A DNA stretch of 63,612 bases, filler included. It is 10 parts of 10 records of this genome, joined end to end, with 100 filler letters (N's around TTAATTAATTAA, not from the genome) between each part and the next. Parts side by side here need not be neighbours in the genome. Positions count along the whole stretch, not along the records: positions 31,935 to 36,483 come from SRR7504441_12478; positions 36,584 to 40,064 come from SRR7504441_12482; positions 40,165 to 46,092 come from SRR7504441_12489; positions 46,193 to 53,376 come from SRR7504441_12497; 6 more parts are not named here. One strand, written 5' to 3'. The notes beneath the pieces are model-generated. The model was not told where the DNA came from and did not search any database. It worked only from the letters and a program-made list of their open reading frames with translations. A program made the translations under genes and the position numbers. This document shows, in pieces, positions 35,089-46,468 of this stretch; position 1 is the first letter of the stretch; each line of letters starts with the position of its first letter.

Positions 35089-36040
35089 TTACATGTAACT
35101 AGGACTCTGGGGAGCATTACACCAAGGGCACATCGTCATTTTTGAAATGTAGCTGTTCCAATCGTCACGATTTGCGGGCATGTTGCAAGACGAGCATTCG
35201 ACCTTGTTCTTAGCTAGCACCGGGTAGCCAGTGATTATACACGGCTGATACTCGAAACCACAGGGACCTATGAGGTTTGCCTCATACACTTCTACACCGC
35301 AGTTCTGGCATGAACGAGTTGACAAGGTCTGCTCTGCTGTGTGGTCCATGGACATCTGAAGCACCCAGTTTCGTACCTCCTCTCGCTGATTCTCACTTAC
35401 TGTGTGCCCATCTGGCAGTGGGAAATCGTATGGTACGTCAGTGTCCGCAAAGTCGGCATTATCCATCATGCCCATGTCGGGGTCGTCGATGGCTTCAGTC
35501 AAATCTAGGAACCGATTGAAGAACACAAAAGCCATGTTGTTGATCCCCTGATTACGGCATGCTTGATGGCATCATCCATGTATAAAGATCATGGAAAGCT
35601 CCATGGCAATCTCGACTTGCCCTTGCTCGAGCAGGACAGCCTCAGCCCGCTTGAACTGCTTATCAAGACAAGCCAGCTTGGCACGGACCAGATAGTGGCT
35701 ATTGCCAGCACCATCACCATGCTGGCTATTTTCTTTATCCCGGATGCTTACAATTTTGTGCAGATACCTCGCCTTGGACACATCTCCAAGTGCAGCATAG
35801 CATCTCTCCGCCACATGCAGCTTCCCGTGCTCCATTGCCACCTTGCTTAGCGTGGTCCACATGGCCTCAGTCTCTGGAGTGAGCTCAAGCACTTCCAGCA
35901 GTGAAACAGCCCGATCAAATTGTTTACGATCCACAGCCGACCCAAACGCAATCAGCGATTCATCCAATGCATAGCTGACAGTGTTCGGTCCTTCATCTAC
36001 CACCACTTCGGTCCGGCCGTTTGCACGCTCACTTCATCGA
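35089..36040 (-). pseudogene. IFT172: Truncated, internally deleted and frameshifted IFT172 relic
   Basis: Central IFT172 segment (TEVVVDEG, ETEAMW, AERCYAALGDVSKARYL) abuts the C-terminal segment (AFVFFNRFLDL, REEVRNWVL, CIITGYPV) near 35562; 1-nt frameshifts; no WD40 N-terminus recognised. Confidence 0.75.
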
Positions 36041-36827
36041 AGTTTCAAGCTTGTGTGTCTCTAATTTTGATCTGCCGCAAATCGCAGGCTGCTTGCAACC
36101 AACGCAGACACGCAGACAGCGGTTTAGTCTTGCGGTCTTGTGTGCTGTTGAGCGTAGACTCGTAAACTAAGCGTGACGTCGATGGACGTTGTGGCGTTGC
36201 ACGCACAGCTCAGCTTGGCAGCTTGGACGACGAGATCTCGAGTTTCCGAAACCTTATCTTTCGTGTTCGTAGTGACTCAGATTCAATCGTGAACGCAATC
36301 AGATCAGATAACTGATTGCATTGAAATCTTCGTTACTAGACATGCCTTGGGAAGATTTCCCCAATTACCGTACCGGTAGCGTAACCGGTAGCGCTGGTAC
36401 GAGTACGGTATTACCTCGAAGCGCGATGTCGACGTCGCAAGTCCCGGCCACATTCAAGGTTGGCATTACAGTGTTACAATGTANNNNNNNNNNNNNNNNN
36501 NNNNNNNNNNNNNNNNNNNNNNNNNNNTTAATTAATTAANNNNNNNNNNNNNNNNNNNNNNNNNNNNNNNNNNNNNNNNNNNNATGAGCTAGCGCAGCCT
36601 CTTCCAATATTTATTTAGGATAAAAGAATATGTTACATTGTATGATTACTTAATGATTACTCGCACACGACTTCAAGGTCTCCAGATGCAAGATATTTAA
36701 TGCGACACTAAGCTTAAATTATACGTAGCCACATTCATGAATGATTGAGGCCTGCGAGACAGGCATACCTCAAGCATACCAGTTCGATTGACAAGCATGC
36801 CGAACCGATCTGAATGATGCATGGACG

Positions 36828-38610
36828 TTAGAGGTCGCTATGAGCGTCCTTTTTGGTGATCGAGGCCACATCATGGTCCACATCGGCCAGCCTTTGACCC
36901 TCGGTCTCGAGCGGCAGCTTGGTAGCCAGGAAGCCGGCCACACAGCTAACAACTATGTACAGAATCACAGGGATAATCAACTGCGAAGTCTTGAAGCTGA
37001 TCGCCACGTAGATCGTCACAATCCCGCCCACCCGGCCCATCGCACTCGCCGCGCCCAGCCCGGTGGTTCGACACGAAGTTGGGTAGACTTCAGCTGTGTA
37101 GACATACGTGGTCACGAACGCGCCCGAGACAGCCCCCCGGGCACAGAACATGAACAGCATCAGCAGGCCGGTGGGAAAACGGGCCATCCCGCTTAGAAAG
37201 CACAGGCTGCCAGCGCACACTGTGAAGAGGACGGCCTGAGTCTTGCACCGGCCCTTGTAGTCGATTAGCAGAATTGCCACCAGCAGCCCAGGCAGCTCGG
37301 CCACACCGGTCACCATGGCCGCGGCGTACACCGACCAGTCGGTCGTCTTGGAGAACAGTGTGTCAGTGAACAGCACACACCCATAATATACAAATATATT
37401 GCACGCCCTGCCCCGGGCTCAGACCGGCCCTGGGCCAGTGCATCCACCAGAGCAGCCAGACGATGCTCGTGAGCGTGGCCAGCCGGTCAGAGAACAGCGA
37501 GGCGAGGGTGGCCTCCTGCAGCCGGCGGTGAGCGGGGCGCCGGCGAGGCTCGTGCCTTGGCCCTGGAGATGAGCTCCAGCTCCATGTCCCGACCTATCGG
37601 CCGGCCATTGATCACGCCGACTTCTCTCAGGAATTGCTTGGCCTCGTCGCTCCGGCCGCGGACCGCCATCCAGCGGGCTGACTCCGGAAGGAAGAACCAG
37701 TGCACGGTCAGCAGCACCACGAGCGGCAGCGCTGAGACCACCACCAACACCCGCCACCCGTGGACTGGGATGACCGCCCAGGCAATCGCCGCCTCCGTCA
37801 GCACCCCCAGCGACCAGAACCCGCCCTGCACTGCCACCAGCCACAGCCCGCGCCTCTCCAACGGAACATACCTGCCCAGCACGTCTGAGCGCGCCTGGCA
37901 GCGGCGCGCACTCAGTCAGCAGCGAGAAGGCTATCGAGGCCCCGCCGATACCAAACCCGACGCAGCTTCGGAGCACTGTGAGCGAGATCGGCCCGGTGGC
38001 GACGGCACTCATCACGCCGAAGAGCATTGTGGTCGACACCGAGGCGAGCATCGAGATTCGGCGGCCGAACCTGTTGCCGCACTCAGCCCACGCCGCGCAG
38101 AGAGCTGACCTATCCGAGATGAGGCCCCAGACGTAGCTCCCGCCGAGCATCCCGACGAACGTGAGCGCCCCGATCGTGCTCGTGGCGAACTTGGAGAGCC
38201 GCCACTCCTGCGAGCCGGCTGGGCGCGGCTGGGCGGCGGCCGGCCACCTCGCGGACTCGCGGCAGGATAAACGTTAGGATCATCAGCTCCTGCGGCGCAC
38301 AGGTGAGCGCTGGCGCGTGTCGGGCCGCACCATAGAGTCGAAGGTCCACACAAACCCGCACAAGAAGACCAGTTTCCATTGGAATTTGCCGAACCCTATG
38401 TACCTTCCCTACCACTCAGACGCCCGCCGGCAGGAGACGGACTCGATCGCGTCGTCGAACGAGTGCTGGCCCTTGCGCAGCGCGGGCGCCTGCTCGTCGT
38501 CCTCCTTCTCCTCGACAACCGAGGGCGCCGAGCTGAAAAAATCCTGCCGCAGCCGCTGAGCCGGATCAGCGGGGGCGGGGCGCCTTGATCTCAGGGTAGG
38601 CTGCGGCCAT
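36828..38610 (-). CDS. SVOP/SV2-like MFS transporter, eight introns
   Basis: IGFGKFQWKL, ISDR|FGRR, LPESARW, ELPG, YTAEVYPTSCRTTG; eight 39-41-nt introns rebuild a continuous frame. Confidence 0.92.
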
Positions 38611-38958
38611 CTCAGCGGGCTACTTCACGGGGTTAGCCCAGCAGACTTGGGCCGCCCGCTCTCGACATCCCGCCGAACAGTTGCTCTGCCGGTGGTGCTA
38701 GTGCCGTAACCAGGCCATTACCTTTGCTTTGCCGTTGAGAGTCCGCATCCAGACTCCGGGGGCTGGAAAAATCGATAATTATACGCATATTAGCCGGGTT
38801 TAGTGCGTGCAATGCTAGTTTATCTGCTCTTCAAATACTGCCAGAGGTATCACGCGTGCGCGCATGATTCAATAAATCTAGCTACATGATATGCTCTATT
38901 GACATGTTGGCCTGTTGCCAATTTCATGCCTGACTATTTAGCGCATGTCTTGGTCCGA

Positions 38959-39726
38959 CTAGCAGCACTGATTGGCCAGATGATGGGCCCAGTACAAGTC
39001 CTCGACCTCCTGCACGCTCGCACCATACTCCTGGCTGTACCGGATCGCCTGCGCGCGTTGAGCTGGGTCAGCCTCCCGCTGTATCGGTGACCGGTCCTTC
39101 ACAGGCGCCAGACCAGGGTCGGTCTCCGGGCCCGGCCCAACAGCCGCGCTGCTGCTGTACTTCTTCACTTCGTCGGCGCTAACGCCGTACCGGTCCAAGT
39201 TGTAGTACGGAGCCGGACGGGGGGTCTGTCTCCAACGGAAGATCTCGGCCTCACGCCGGGCTGCTTCGGCCTTAAGCGCCTTGCGCTGGGGCTTGGGCGA
39301 GCGCAGGATCTGCTCGTTCACCCGCTGCAGCGCGTTGTGCATGCCCCGCAGCTCCTGCTTGTCGCATTCGTTCAAGGCTGCCGGATCCCCCTCTAACAGC
39401 CCGCTGGCCTGCACCAGCATAGCCGCCCGCACCCGCGCCGTCATCCGGCGGAGTTCGCGCTCCTCGGTCCGGCCGCGCAGCACCGACTCAACGGTTGCGC
39501 CGTGCTGCTCGTCCCGTTCGAGATAGTCGTTGTGGTAGAGTTTGGGGCCCGCATGGCCCGCCTGCTCGTAGCAGGCGGCGGCGTGGTTGAGCGGAGCTTG
39601 GTATGAGGGCAGCAGCGGCCGGGTGGCCAGCCCGCCCCGCCGCCACACCCATTCCTGCCCGAGATGGCGCTCGAGCGAGCCGCCGGCCATGATGTGCGCA
39701 TCCTCCAACACCTCTCTCACCGGCAT
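38959..39726 (-). CDS. Hypothetical protein
   Basis: ATG 39726 (MPVREVLEDAH); protein-like composition; 3' end uncertain. Confidence 0.5.
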   Translation of the reverse strand: MPVREVLEDAHIMAGGSLERHLGQEWVWRRGGLATRPLLPSYQAPLNHAAACYEQAGHAGPKLYHNDYLERDEQHGATVESVLRGRTEERELRRMTARVRAAMLVQASGLLEGDPAALNECDKQELRGMHNALQRVNEQILRSPKPQRKALKAEAARREAEIFRWRQTPRPAPYYNLDRYGVSADEVKKYSSSAAVGPGPETDPGLAPVKDRSPIQREADPAQRAQAIRYSQEYGASVQEVEDLYWAHHLANQCC

Positions 39727-40918
39727 GGATAACCGCCGATCCGTTGCCGATGGACCCACAGCAGCAGGGGCTGCCCCAGCGGCAGCGGCGGCGGAAGCGC
39801 GATCACCCGGACGGCGGATCCGGCCCGAGCCGGGCGATGGAGGCCGCCATAGAGCGCAACGTGCTGGATCGGGCCGAGGCGCCTCCCTGGGCCAGTCCAG
39901 GCCAGCGGGGGGCAGGGCGGGTTCCGCGGGTTCCGTGGAGTGGTGCCCGCCACGCTGGAGGAGGCGGTGGCGCTGGAGCAGCCGCAGGCAGTCGAGGGAG
40001 CGGCGGCGGAGCAGCGGCCTGCGCACTACGAGTGTGCGGGGGCTGGCAGGGGGGGGGGGGGGGANNNNNNNNNNNNNNNNNNNNNNNNNNNNNNNNNNNN
40101 NNNNNNNNTTAATTAATTAANNNNNNNNNNNNNNNNNNNNNNNNNNNNNNNNNNNNNNNNNNNNACGAATCATCTCAACTTGCTTCTTTTTCCTCGACCT
40201 CTGTCCAGGCTTCCGATATTAAGCACGGTTGATAGATTACCAAGGTGCGTTGTGGTTGAGGCGGCGCTGCCGGCCCGGCCGCTCGAAGCCCTGGCGAGCT
40301 GTACGAGATTCCCGGTAAATGGACGAGAAAGTATTGATATGCTTCTACGAGTACTCGTAGTTGTACATGTATTTGACTAAACTTATTACTGTGTTGTGTT
40401 CATTTGCGTACCTGAGTCGAGATCACTAGGGCGCGGCCTTGGCCTGCTCGGACAGTTCCAGTTGCGCCGCCCGCCCGTAGGCGTCGCCGGCCTTAATCGC
40501 CATCTGGGCCTCGTCCGTCAAGGCTTTGTTTTGCTTGTCGATTATTTGCTTGGCTTGATTGACCGCCTTGGTGCCGGACTTGAGCTCCCGCTGGGCCTTT
40601 ACCTTTGCACTATCGCCCACGCTGTGCTCCCTGGACGGCAATGCCGGGGCGTGGTCCTGTCCCCGCGCTCGGCCGGCGCGCCCAACCTCGGCTTACCAGC
40701 CCCCCTGGACTCAGCGCGGCGCTTTCTGCGGGCTCCGCTGACCGGGCAGATCAGCCAGGGCACGGCACCCGGACCCACCCGATCGCACTGGCTCCCCGCT
40801 CGCCCCGACCGCGCATGCCGCCACCAGCGCCACCCAGCACCACGCCCTGCTGCTGCCGTGATTGGGCATCTCGTGGTTTTTTGCGGTTGGGTGATCGAAG
40901 TGGGAAATTCTGATACGA

Positions 40919-42310
40919 ATGCCTCGCGATGAGACGCCGTCCAAGCGGGCGGGGACCACGTCGTTCTCGGACTGGATGGCGACCCAGGCCTCGCCCCAGA
41001 CCAAGTCGCTCTCGCAGGCCCGGACCGCGCTGCCGGCCGACCCCGACGCGGCCCTCCAGGCCCTCACGAAGCAGCACCGGGACCTGAGCCAATGGGCCAA
41101 ACACGTGCTCGACAACCTGTCGGCAGTAGACGGCGAGGGGCAAGCGCTCCCGATCCAGGCCGCCGTGGACAAGACGCTCGACCGGTACACCAAACTGGCC
41201 GCCAAGACCGCCAACCCGCCCGCCCCCCCAGCCAGCAGCCTCGCCCGGCTGCGCCCAGCCCCGCTCCCGGCCGAAAAGTGCAGCTTCGCACGACCGACAG
41301 CCTCGTCCGAGCGGAGGTGCCGGGAGCGACTGGCCGCCGATGACAAACCCAAGCCCCGCCGATCGGCCACTCCCGAGCTCCCGAGGGGCCGGTCGCAAGA
41401 GCGGAGGGCTGGCCGAAAGCAGCCCGACACGCAGAACGACGGCGAGCCCAGGCGGTGGCCGGCGGTGCGGGCTGCGGTGATGAGCTGTTGAGCTGCAGGT
41501 CGGTGGCTTTGATCGCATCCAGCTCGGCGATAGGGTCTGCGGAGGAGCCTAGGGCCGACGCTGCAACCAGCCGGAAGGTCAGCTGGCAGCTGGCCGACGG
41601 GCAAGCCGGGGCAGGCTGCGGAGGGTCGGCGGCAGATGGAGATCGACGCTGTGGCCGAGCACCAGACCCCGGCTGGCGAGCCCCCGGCGCTTGCCGAGCG
41701 ATACAGCTACCTGCTGCCAGCGGGAGTGGCGCCACAAGTGCAACACCTCACAGCGCCAGCGAGCGCCGCCCCGCGCAGCTCGGAGCTCCTTGCCAAGTGA
41801 CACGCCCGCGGCTGCAGAGGCTGACCGCCCGGCAGGTACGCCCATCTGTTGCCCGAGCAGGCTGGCCGAGCATCGAGCGCCCCGATCCAACCACCAGCCC
41901 CAGCCTCACTCCCGCTTGTGCCGCCATATTCCGCCGATGTTCTCCGGTCGTACAGCAATTACACGCCTGCCGCGTCACAACGCGCGCTGCCAGCCCCGGC
42001 CCCGGTCCAGCAGCCTGCGCCAGCACTAGCCAGTGCCGCTGGTGGGCTCGTCTCGACCGATTTCGGCCGGGCGCTGCAGGCGGACATGGCGCTGCTCGCG
42101 GAGCAGGTGGCCGGAATGCCGGTGGCAGCGGCGGCTCTGGAGAGGGTGGGCCGGAAGCTGCAAGTGCTGGAGGATATGAGCGCCGGGGCTAGTCAGAACG
42201 AGGGCCGGTGGAAGCTGAGAGAGGCCCAGCTGAGGGAGCGGATAGCAAGTCTCGAGCGGGGCAGCAGCTTGCCGGTCGCCGGGATCGGGGCGGTGGCGCA
42301 GCTCGCATGA
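40919..42310 (+). CDS. Multi-exon low-complexity/coiled-coil hypothetical protein
   Basis: ORF pieces 40919-41491, 41455 onward and 41849-42310 on the same strand, ending before AT-rich DNA. Confidence 0.45.
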
Positions 42311-42570
42311 TCGTGCTCGGCGTGACATCCAGTTCATCCGGACGAATGCTTGATAGCTTTACTGGTACTAGATGTACAGTATTGTTGTAAAATGGGACGC
42401 GCATGAACATTCAATGTGCTAGATCTCTCTTCTAAAGAACGAACCTGCAATGTGCGCATGATGTTCGATTATGCCCAAAACTAGCCGCAATAATCGAAGA
42501 CCGCTCATAAAGCATGCGCATGCACGCTCACAAAAAGTCGCTCTCTTACTTGTGATTTCAAGTGGCTCTA

Positions 42571-43172
42571 CTACATGTTTCGCGGGTTGAGAAAGTAGCC
42601 GGTCCCGATCCCGGCGAGCAGCGCTAGGCAGACCTGTCCGCCCTGCCGGCCGCCCCTGAACCGGGCTCACCCACAGGTTGTAGCTCATCAGCAGGAACAT
42701 AAGCAGGAACTGCATTCCAACCTTGACAACGTACATGCCCGTCTCGAGCAACCGGGCCCGCAGCCGCCCCGGCTTTGTCACCGGCACCGCCTGCGCCTCT
42801 TCCTCCTCCTCCGGCGACCCGTCGGCCGCTGCCCCCGGTGAGCGGGCCGGCTGCTGGCTGGGCACCGAGCAATCTATGCTGTCTGGCCCTTCGCTCGTTG
42901 GCCGCGGTGACCAGCTCAGCTGTGTACTCGTGCGCCAGGCCCAGCGCGAAGCAGGCCTGCACCGGGCTCGAAGGGCAGAGCGAGGGGGCACCGCTAGCAG
43001 CAGCAGGAATCCGAACGGGGTGCTGGCCTCGAAGCTGGCCCCGGCTGGCGGCATCCGGGGGGCAGCCGCACCCAGCCAGCGGCAGCTGGAGCGGCCTTTC
43101 GGAGGACCAGCCGCCCGACCACAGGCTCATGTGCATCGCCGCTTCGTCGGACTCCATCCCGTCAGGCCCCAT
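42571..43172 (-). CDS. Ctr (SLC31) copper transporter
   Basis: N-terminal MHMSLW, LMFLLMSYNLW (MxxxM), GIGTG; four 35-37-nt introns; ends YFLNPRNM*. Confidence 0.85.
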
Positions 43173-43219
43173 GAGGTCAACCTTCCTCTCTGGAAATAAC
43201 GGCAAAAGATAACGGCCCA
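43173..43219. promoter_or_regulatory. 47-nt bidirectional spacer with two TAACGG (Myb-type) elements
   Basis: TAACGG at 43197 and 43210 between the divergent Ctr and esterase start codons. Confidence 0.6.
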
Positions 43220-44203
43220 ATGCGGCTGGCGCCAGTGGCGGTGCTCATGGTGGCGAGGGCGTCTGCCGCGTGCTGGCTGGACCCGGCCTGGCCCGAGTCT
43301 GCAGTCACGGTGCGCCCAGGGCTGATCTACGGCCAGAGCTTCAACAACCTTACCGGCCGCCAGCAGCCGCTCAGCCTGGACCTCTACTCGCCCCCAGCCT
43401 CTGACCAGCGCCTCCAGCGCCCGGCGGTGGTCCTAGCGCACGGCGGGGCATTTGTTGGCGGGAGCAGCACCAGCGACGGCATCCCCAATCTGGCCCGAGC
43501 CCTGGCGGCCCGCGGGCTGCTGGCGGTCAGCATCAACTACCGGCTAACCGGGAGCTACTGGGGCACCCAGAAGCATTTCCCGGGCTGCGGCGGCCAGTGT
43601 TGCCCCGGGACCGCGAGCGACCAATACGCGATCGATGCCAGCCGGGACGCCAAAGCGGCCGTCCGGTACGTCCGTACGATGGCTCGAGAGTGGCGGGTAG
43701 ACCCGACGCGCCTGGCCGTTGGAGGCGACTCGGCCGGGGCGTTCACCTCGCTGTTCACAGGATACGTCGGCGCGGTGGGCGAGGGCAGCAGCGGCAACCC
43801 GGGCCTCGATTCGAGTGTGTCGCTGGTGATCTCGATCAGCGGCGAATTGGCAATGTTCCACCGATGCAGAGGCGTGACCAACGGCAACAGCACCGCTGCC
43901 ACGCCGTACGGCTGCACCCGGGGCGTCTGGAACCACACGGCTGAGATCGGGGCGCGGCCCGGTCAGCCGTGGCTTAGCATTGTGCATGGGACAGCAGATG
44001 CAATGGTGCCTTACATAGAAGCGCGGGCGATGCAGATGCAAGCGAATGCGACTGGGCTCCCAAACCAGCTAGTCACGGTCCTCGGGGGCGGACACGTGCC
44101 GATGGAGCAGCTGTTGGCCTCGCACATGCCAGAGTTGCTCGGCTTTATGGTCGCCGCAATGAAGCTAAACACCTCCGAGTGCCCATCACCTCATCGTGAT
44201 TGA
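43220..44203 (+). CDS. Secreted alpha/beta-hydrolase (HSL-like esterase/lipase)
   Basis: Signal peptide, HGGAF, SINYRL, GDSAG, HGTADAMVP, GGGH. Confidence 0.9.
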   Translation: MRLAPVAVLMVARASAACWLDPAWPESAVTVRPGLIYGQSFNNLTGRQQPLSLDLYSPPASDQRLQRPAVVLAHGGAFVGGSSTSDGIPNLARALAARGLLAVSINYRLTGSYWGTQKHFPGCGGQCCPGTASDQYAIDASRDAKAAVRYVRTMAREWRVDPTRLAVGGDSAGAFTSLFTGYVGAVGEGSSGNPGLDSSVSLVISISGELAMFHRCRGVTNGNSTAATPYGCTRGVWNHTAEIGARPGQPWLSIVHGTADAMVPYIEARAMQMQANATGLPNQLVTVLGGGHVPMEQLLASHMPELLGFMVAAMKLNTSECPSPHRD

Positions 44204-44360
44204 TGAAGCACTTTTAGATCTGCCTTGGTAATAATTATGCAGCGTGATTGCACGTGCGTACTCGTACAGTTATTGTACAGAGCCGGTGGCAAGGTAATAA
44301 TACGTACCGTACGATTACCTTCAATGACGACCTTGAGCTCGAGTGAGAATCGGTCCCGTG

Positions 44361-45726
44361 ATGAGAATCAGTCCGGCAGCTCTGCTCGGCCAAAATGCTC
44401 CGGTGCTGCGGCTCGGGGCTACGCACCCCTGCGCTGCGGTCGCTGGCAGCGAGCAGGATGGGCGGGAGCCGGCTGCACCAGCCGGGACCCCGCCAGCAGC
44501 CGGCCTTCGTGCCAGACGCCTCCGCCGCCGGTCGGACCCCGAGCCAGGGCAGGTGGCTCACTGGCGTGCAGGCAACCAATTTCTGCAGAGGTTCCCGCCG
44601 GCTGCGGTGCCCTACCTGCAGCTGATGCGGCTCGAGCGACCGATCGGGGTCTGGCTCCTGGCCTGGCCCGGGTGTGTCGCCCTCGCCCTCGGGGTGCCAG
44701 CGGGGGCAGCTTCTGGAGCATAGGGCTGGCGGCCCCAGCGGGCCACCTGCCCGACTTGGGGCTGATCGGGCTGTTCGGGGCCGGGGCGGTGCTGATGCGC
44801 GGGGCGGGCTGCACCGTGAACGACCTGTGGGACCGCGATCTCGACCGTAAAGTCGAGCGGACCAGATCGCGCCCTATCGCCGCAGGGACTGTCTCAGTGC
44901 CGCAGGCAGCCGGCGCGGCCGGGGTTGCCGGGCGAGCGGGGGTAGGCGGTGGGGTTCCTGGGGCTGCAGCTGACCGGTGGATTGGCCGTGCTGACGCAGC
45001 TGAACCAGCCGACGATTGTGCTCGGAGCTGCATCGCTTGTGCTGGTTAGTCTGGGCTCTTGCTCGCTTGGTAGGCTCAGCTGGGGGTCAGGTTGGGACTT
45101 ATCCGTTGATGAAACGCGTCACCTGGTGGCCGCAAGCCTTTCTGGGGTTCACTTTCAACTGGGGGGCGCTGCTTGGTTGGTCTGCAGTGCATGGGCAAGT
45201 GGATTGGTCTGTGTGTGGCCCGCTGTACCTGGGCGGAGTGGCCTGGACGATTGTATACGATACAATCTACGCCCACATGGTCAGTCCCGTGCTGACAGGC
45301 CAGTCTAAGATAATCGGTCGGCAGGATAAGCGTGATGACGCCCGCACCGGAATTTACTCCACTGCACGCCGTCTGGGTGCCAGTACCAAGCCTGTACTGG
45401 CCGGCTTTGGGGCGGCGGCAATAGCAGGATTCGGGGCGTCGGGGCTGGCTGCGGGTGGGCCGTTGGCAATTGCGCGGTGGCTCAGTGCATCGGGTGCCAG
45501 GACTTGAGTGGCCGTTCTACGTAGCCACTGGTGCTGGAGCGGCGCAGCTCGGTTGGCAGATTGTGACGGTAGACTTGTCCAAGCCAGGGTAATCCGGCTT
45601 GTAGTCGTGCTTCTGACATGTTGCTGTGTCTTAAAGGGATTGCTTGGCCAAGTTCAAATCAAACAGTGTGTTTGGCGCATTGATCTTTGGTGGCATTGTT
45701 TTAGGGCGCTTGTCAGCAGCGGTTTA
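44361..45726 (+). CDS. COQ2: 4-hydroxybenzoate polyprenyltransferase
   Basis: [53 protein letters not shown]; five introns of 38-48 nt. Confidence 0.95.
44906..44945 (+). other. GC-AG spliceosomal intron (40 nt) in COQ2
   Basis: CAG|GCAGCC...GGGTAG|GCG; removal restores TVSVPQ|AVGFL and fixes a frame change. Confidence 0.85.
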
Positions 45727-46468
45727 GCAATTGAATCGCACACGGAGTTAACACGGAGTAATCGCACATATTGTAGTCTAAGATCGATTAAAGGCTTTTG
45801 GGCTCAGCAAGGTTAGTACTAGCTAAGTAGCTTGTTGCTTTGAACATTGATCAGGCTAGAGACCGTGTACAACTTACGTAAGAAGTTCTCACGATCGCGC
45901 GATCGCGAGGTTCAGTTTATTACAAGTACTTGCCAATGGCTAGCCGGCTCTAGTTTAGGCTTTAAATGTTTCAGAATTAGAGGCGTCACAAATGCGTCAC
46001 AGGTGATCATTAGAGATTGATCATCAAAGATGGATCTTCTTTCGTTGTTCCATTCGGTTGCTCATGGACGGGATTGTTGTACATTAAAGAATNNNNNNNN
46101 NNNNNNNNNNNNNNNNNNNNNNNNNNNNNNNNNNNNTTAATTAATTAANNNNNNNNNNNNNNNNNNNNNNNNNNNNNNNNNNNNNNNNNNNNGTCTAGAT
46201 CTGGGCAGCTCTAAAGGGCCACATCGAATATATGATGAATATTATTGTATTCGTTGTAGCACCAGCCGCTCCAGGCGGATGATAGACAACAGCTGCAGCT
46301 GCTGCAGCAAACTCGTTGCAATTGTTCCGCGGAATAAAGCTTTGGACGTTTTATTCTTTTGAGACCGCTGCAGAGGCAATGCGCTACATGTTATTAGACC
46401 CTAGCCGGTCAAAGCTGCTTCCCGGGCCGTATACCAGCATAGTTACACCGTATACACTTAGTATACAC

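Noticed and set aside
36828-38610. Uniform intron length suggesting introner (mobile intron) elements
   Set aside because: The introns share no internal sequence similarity, terminal inverted repeats or consistent target-site duplications by eye; an all-versus-all alignment would be the formal test
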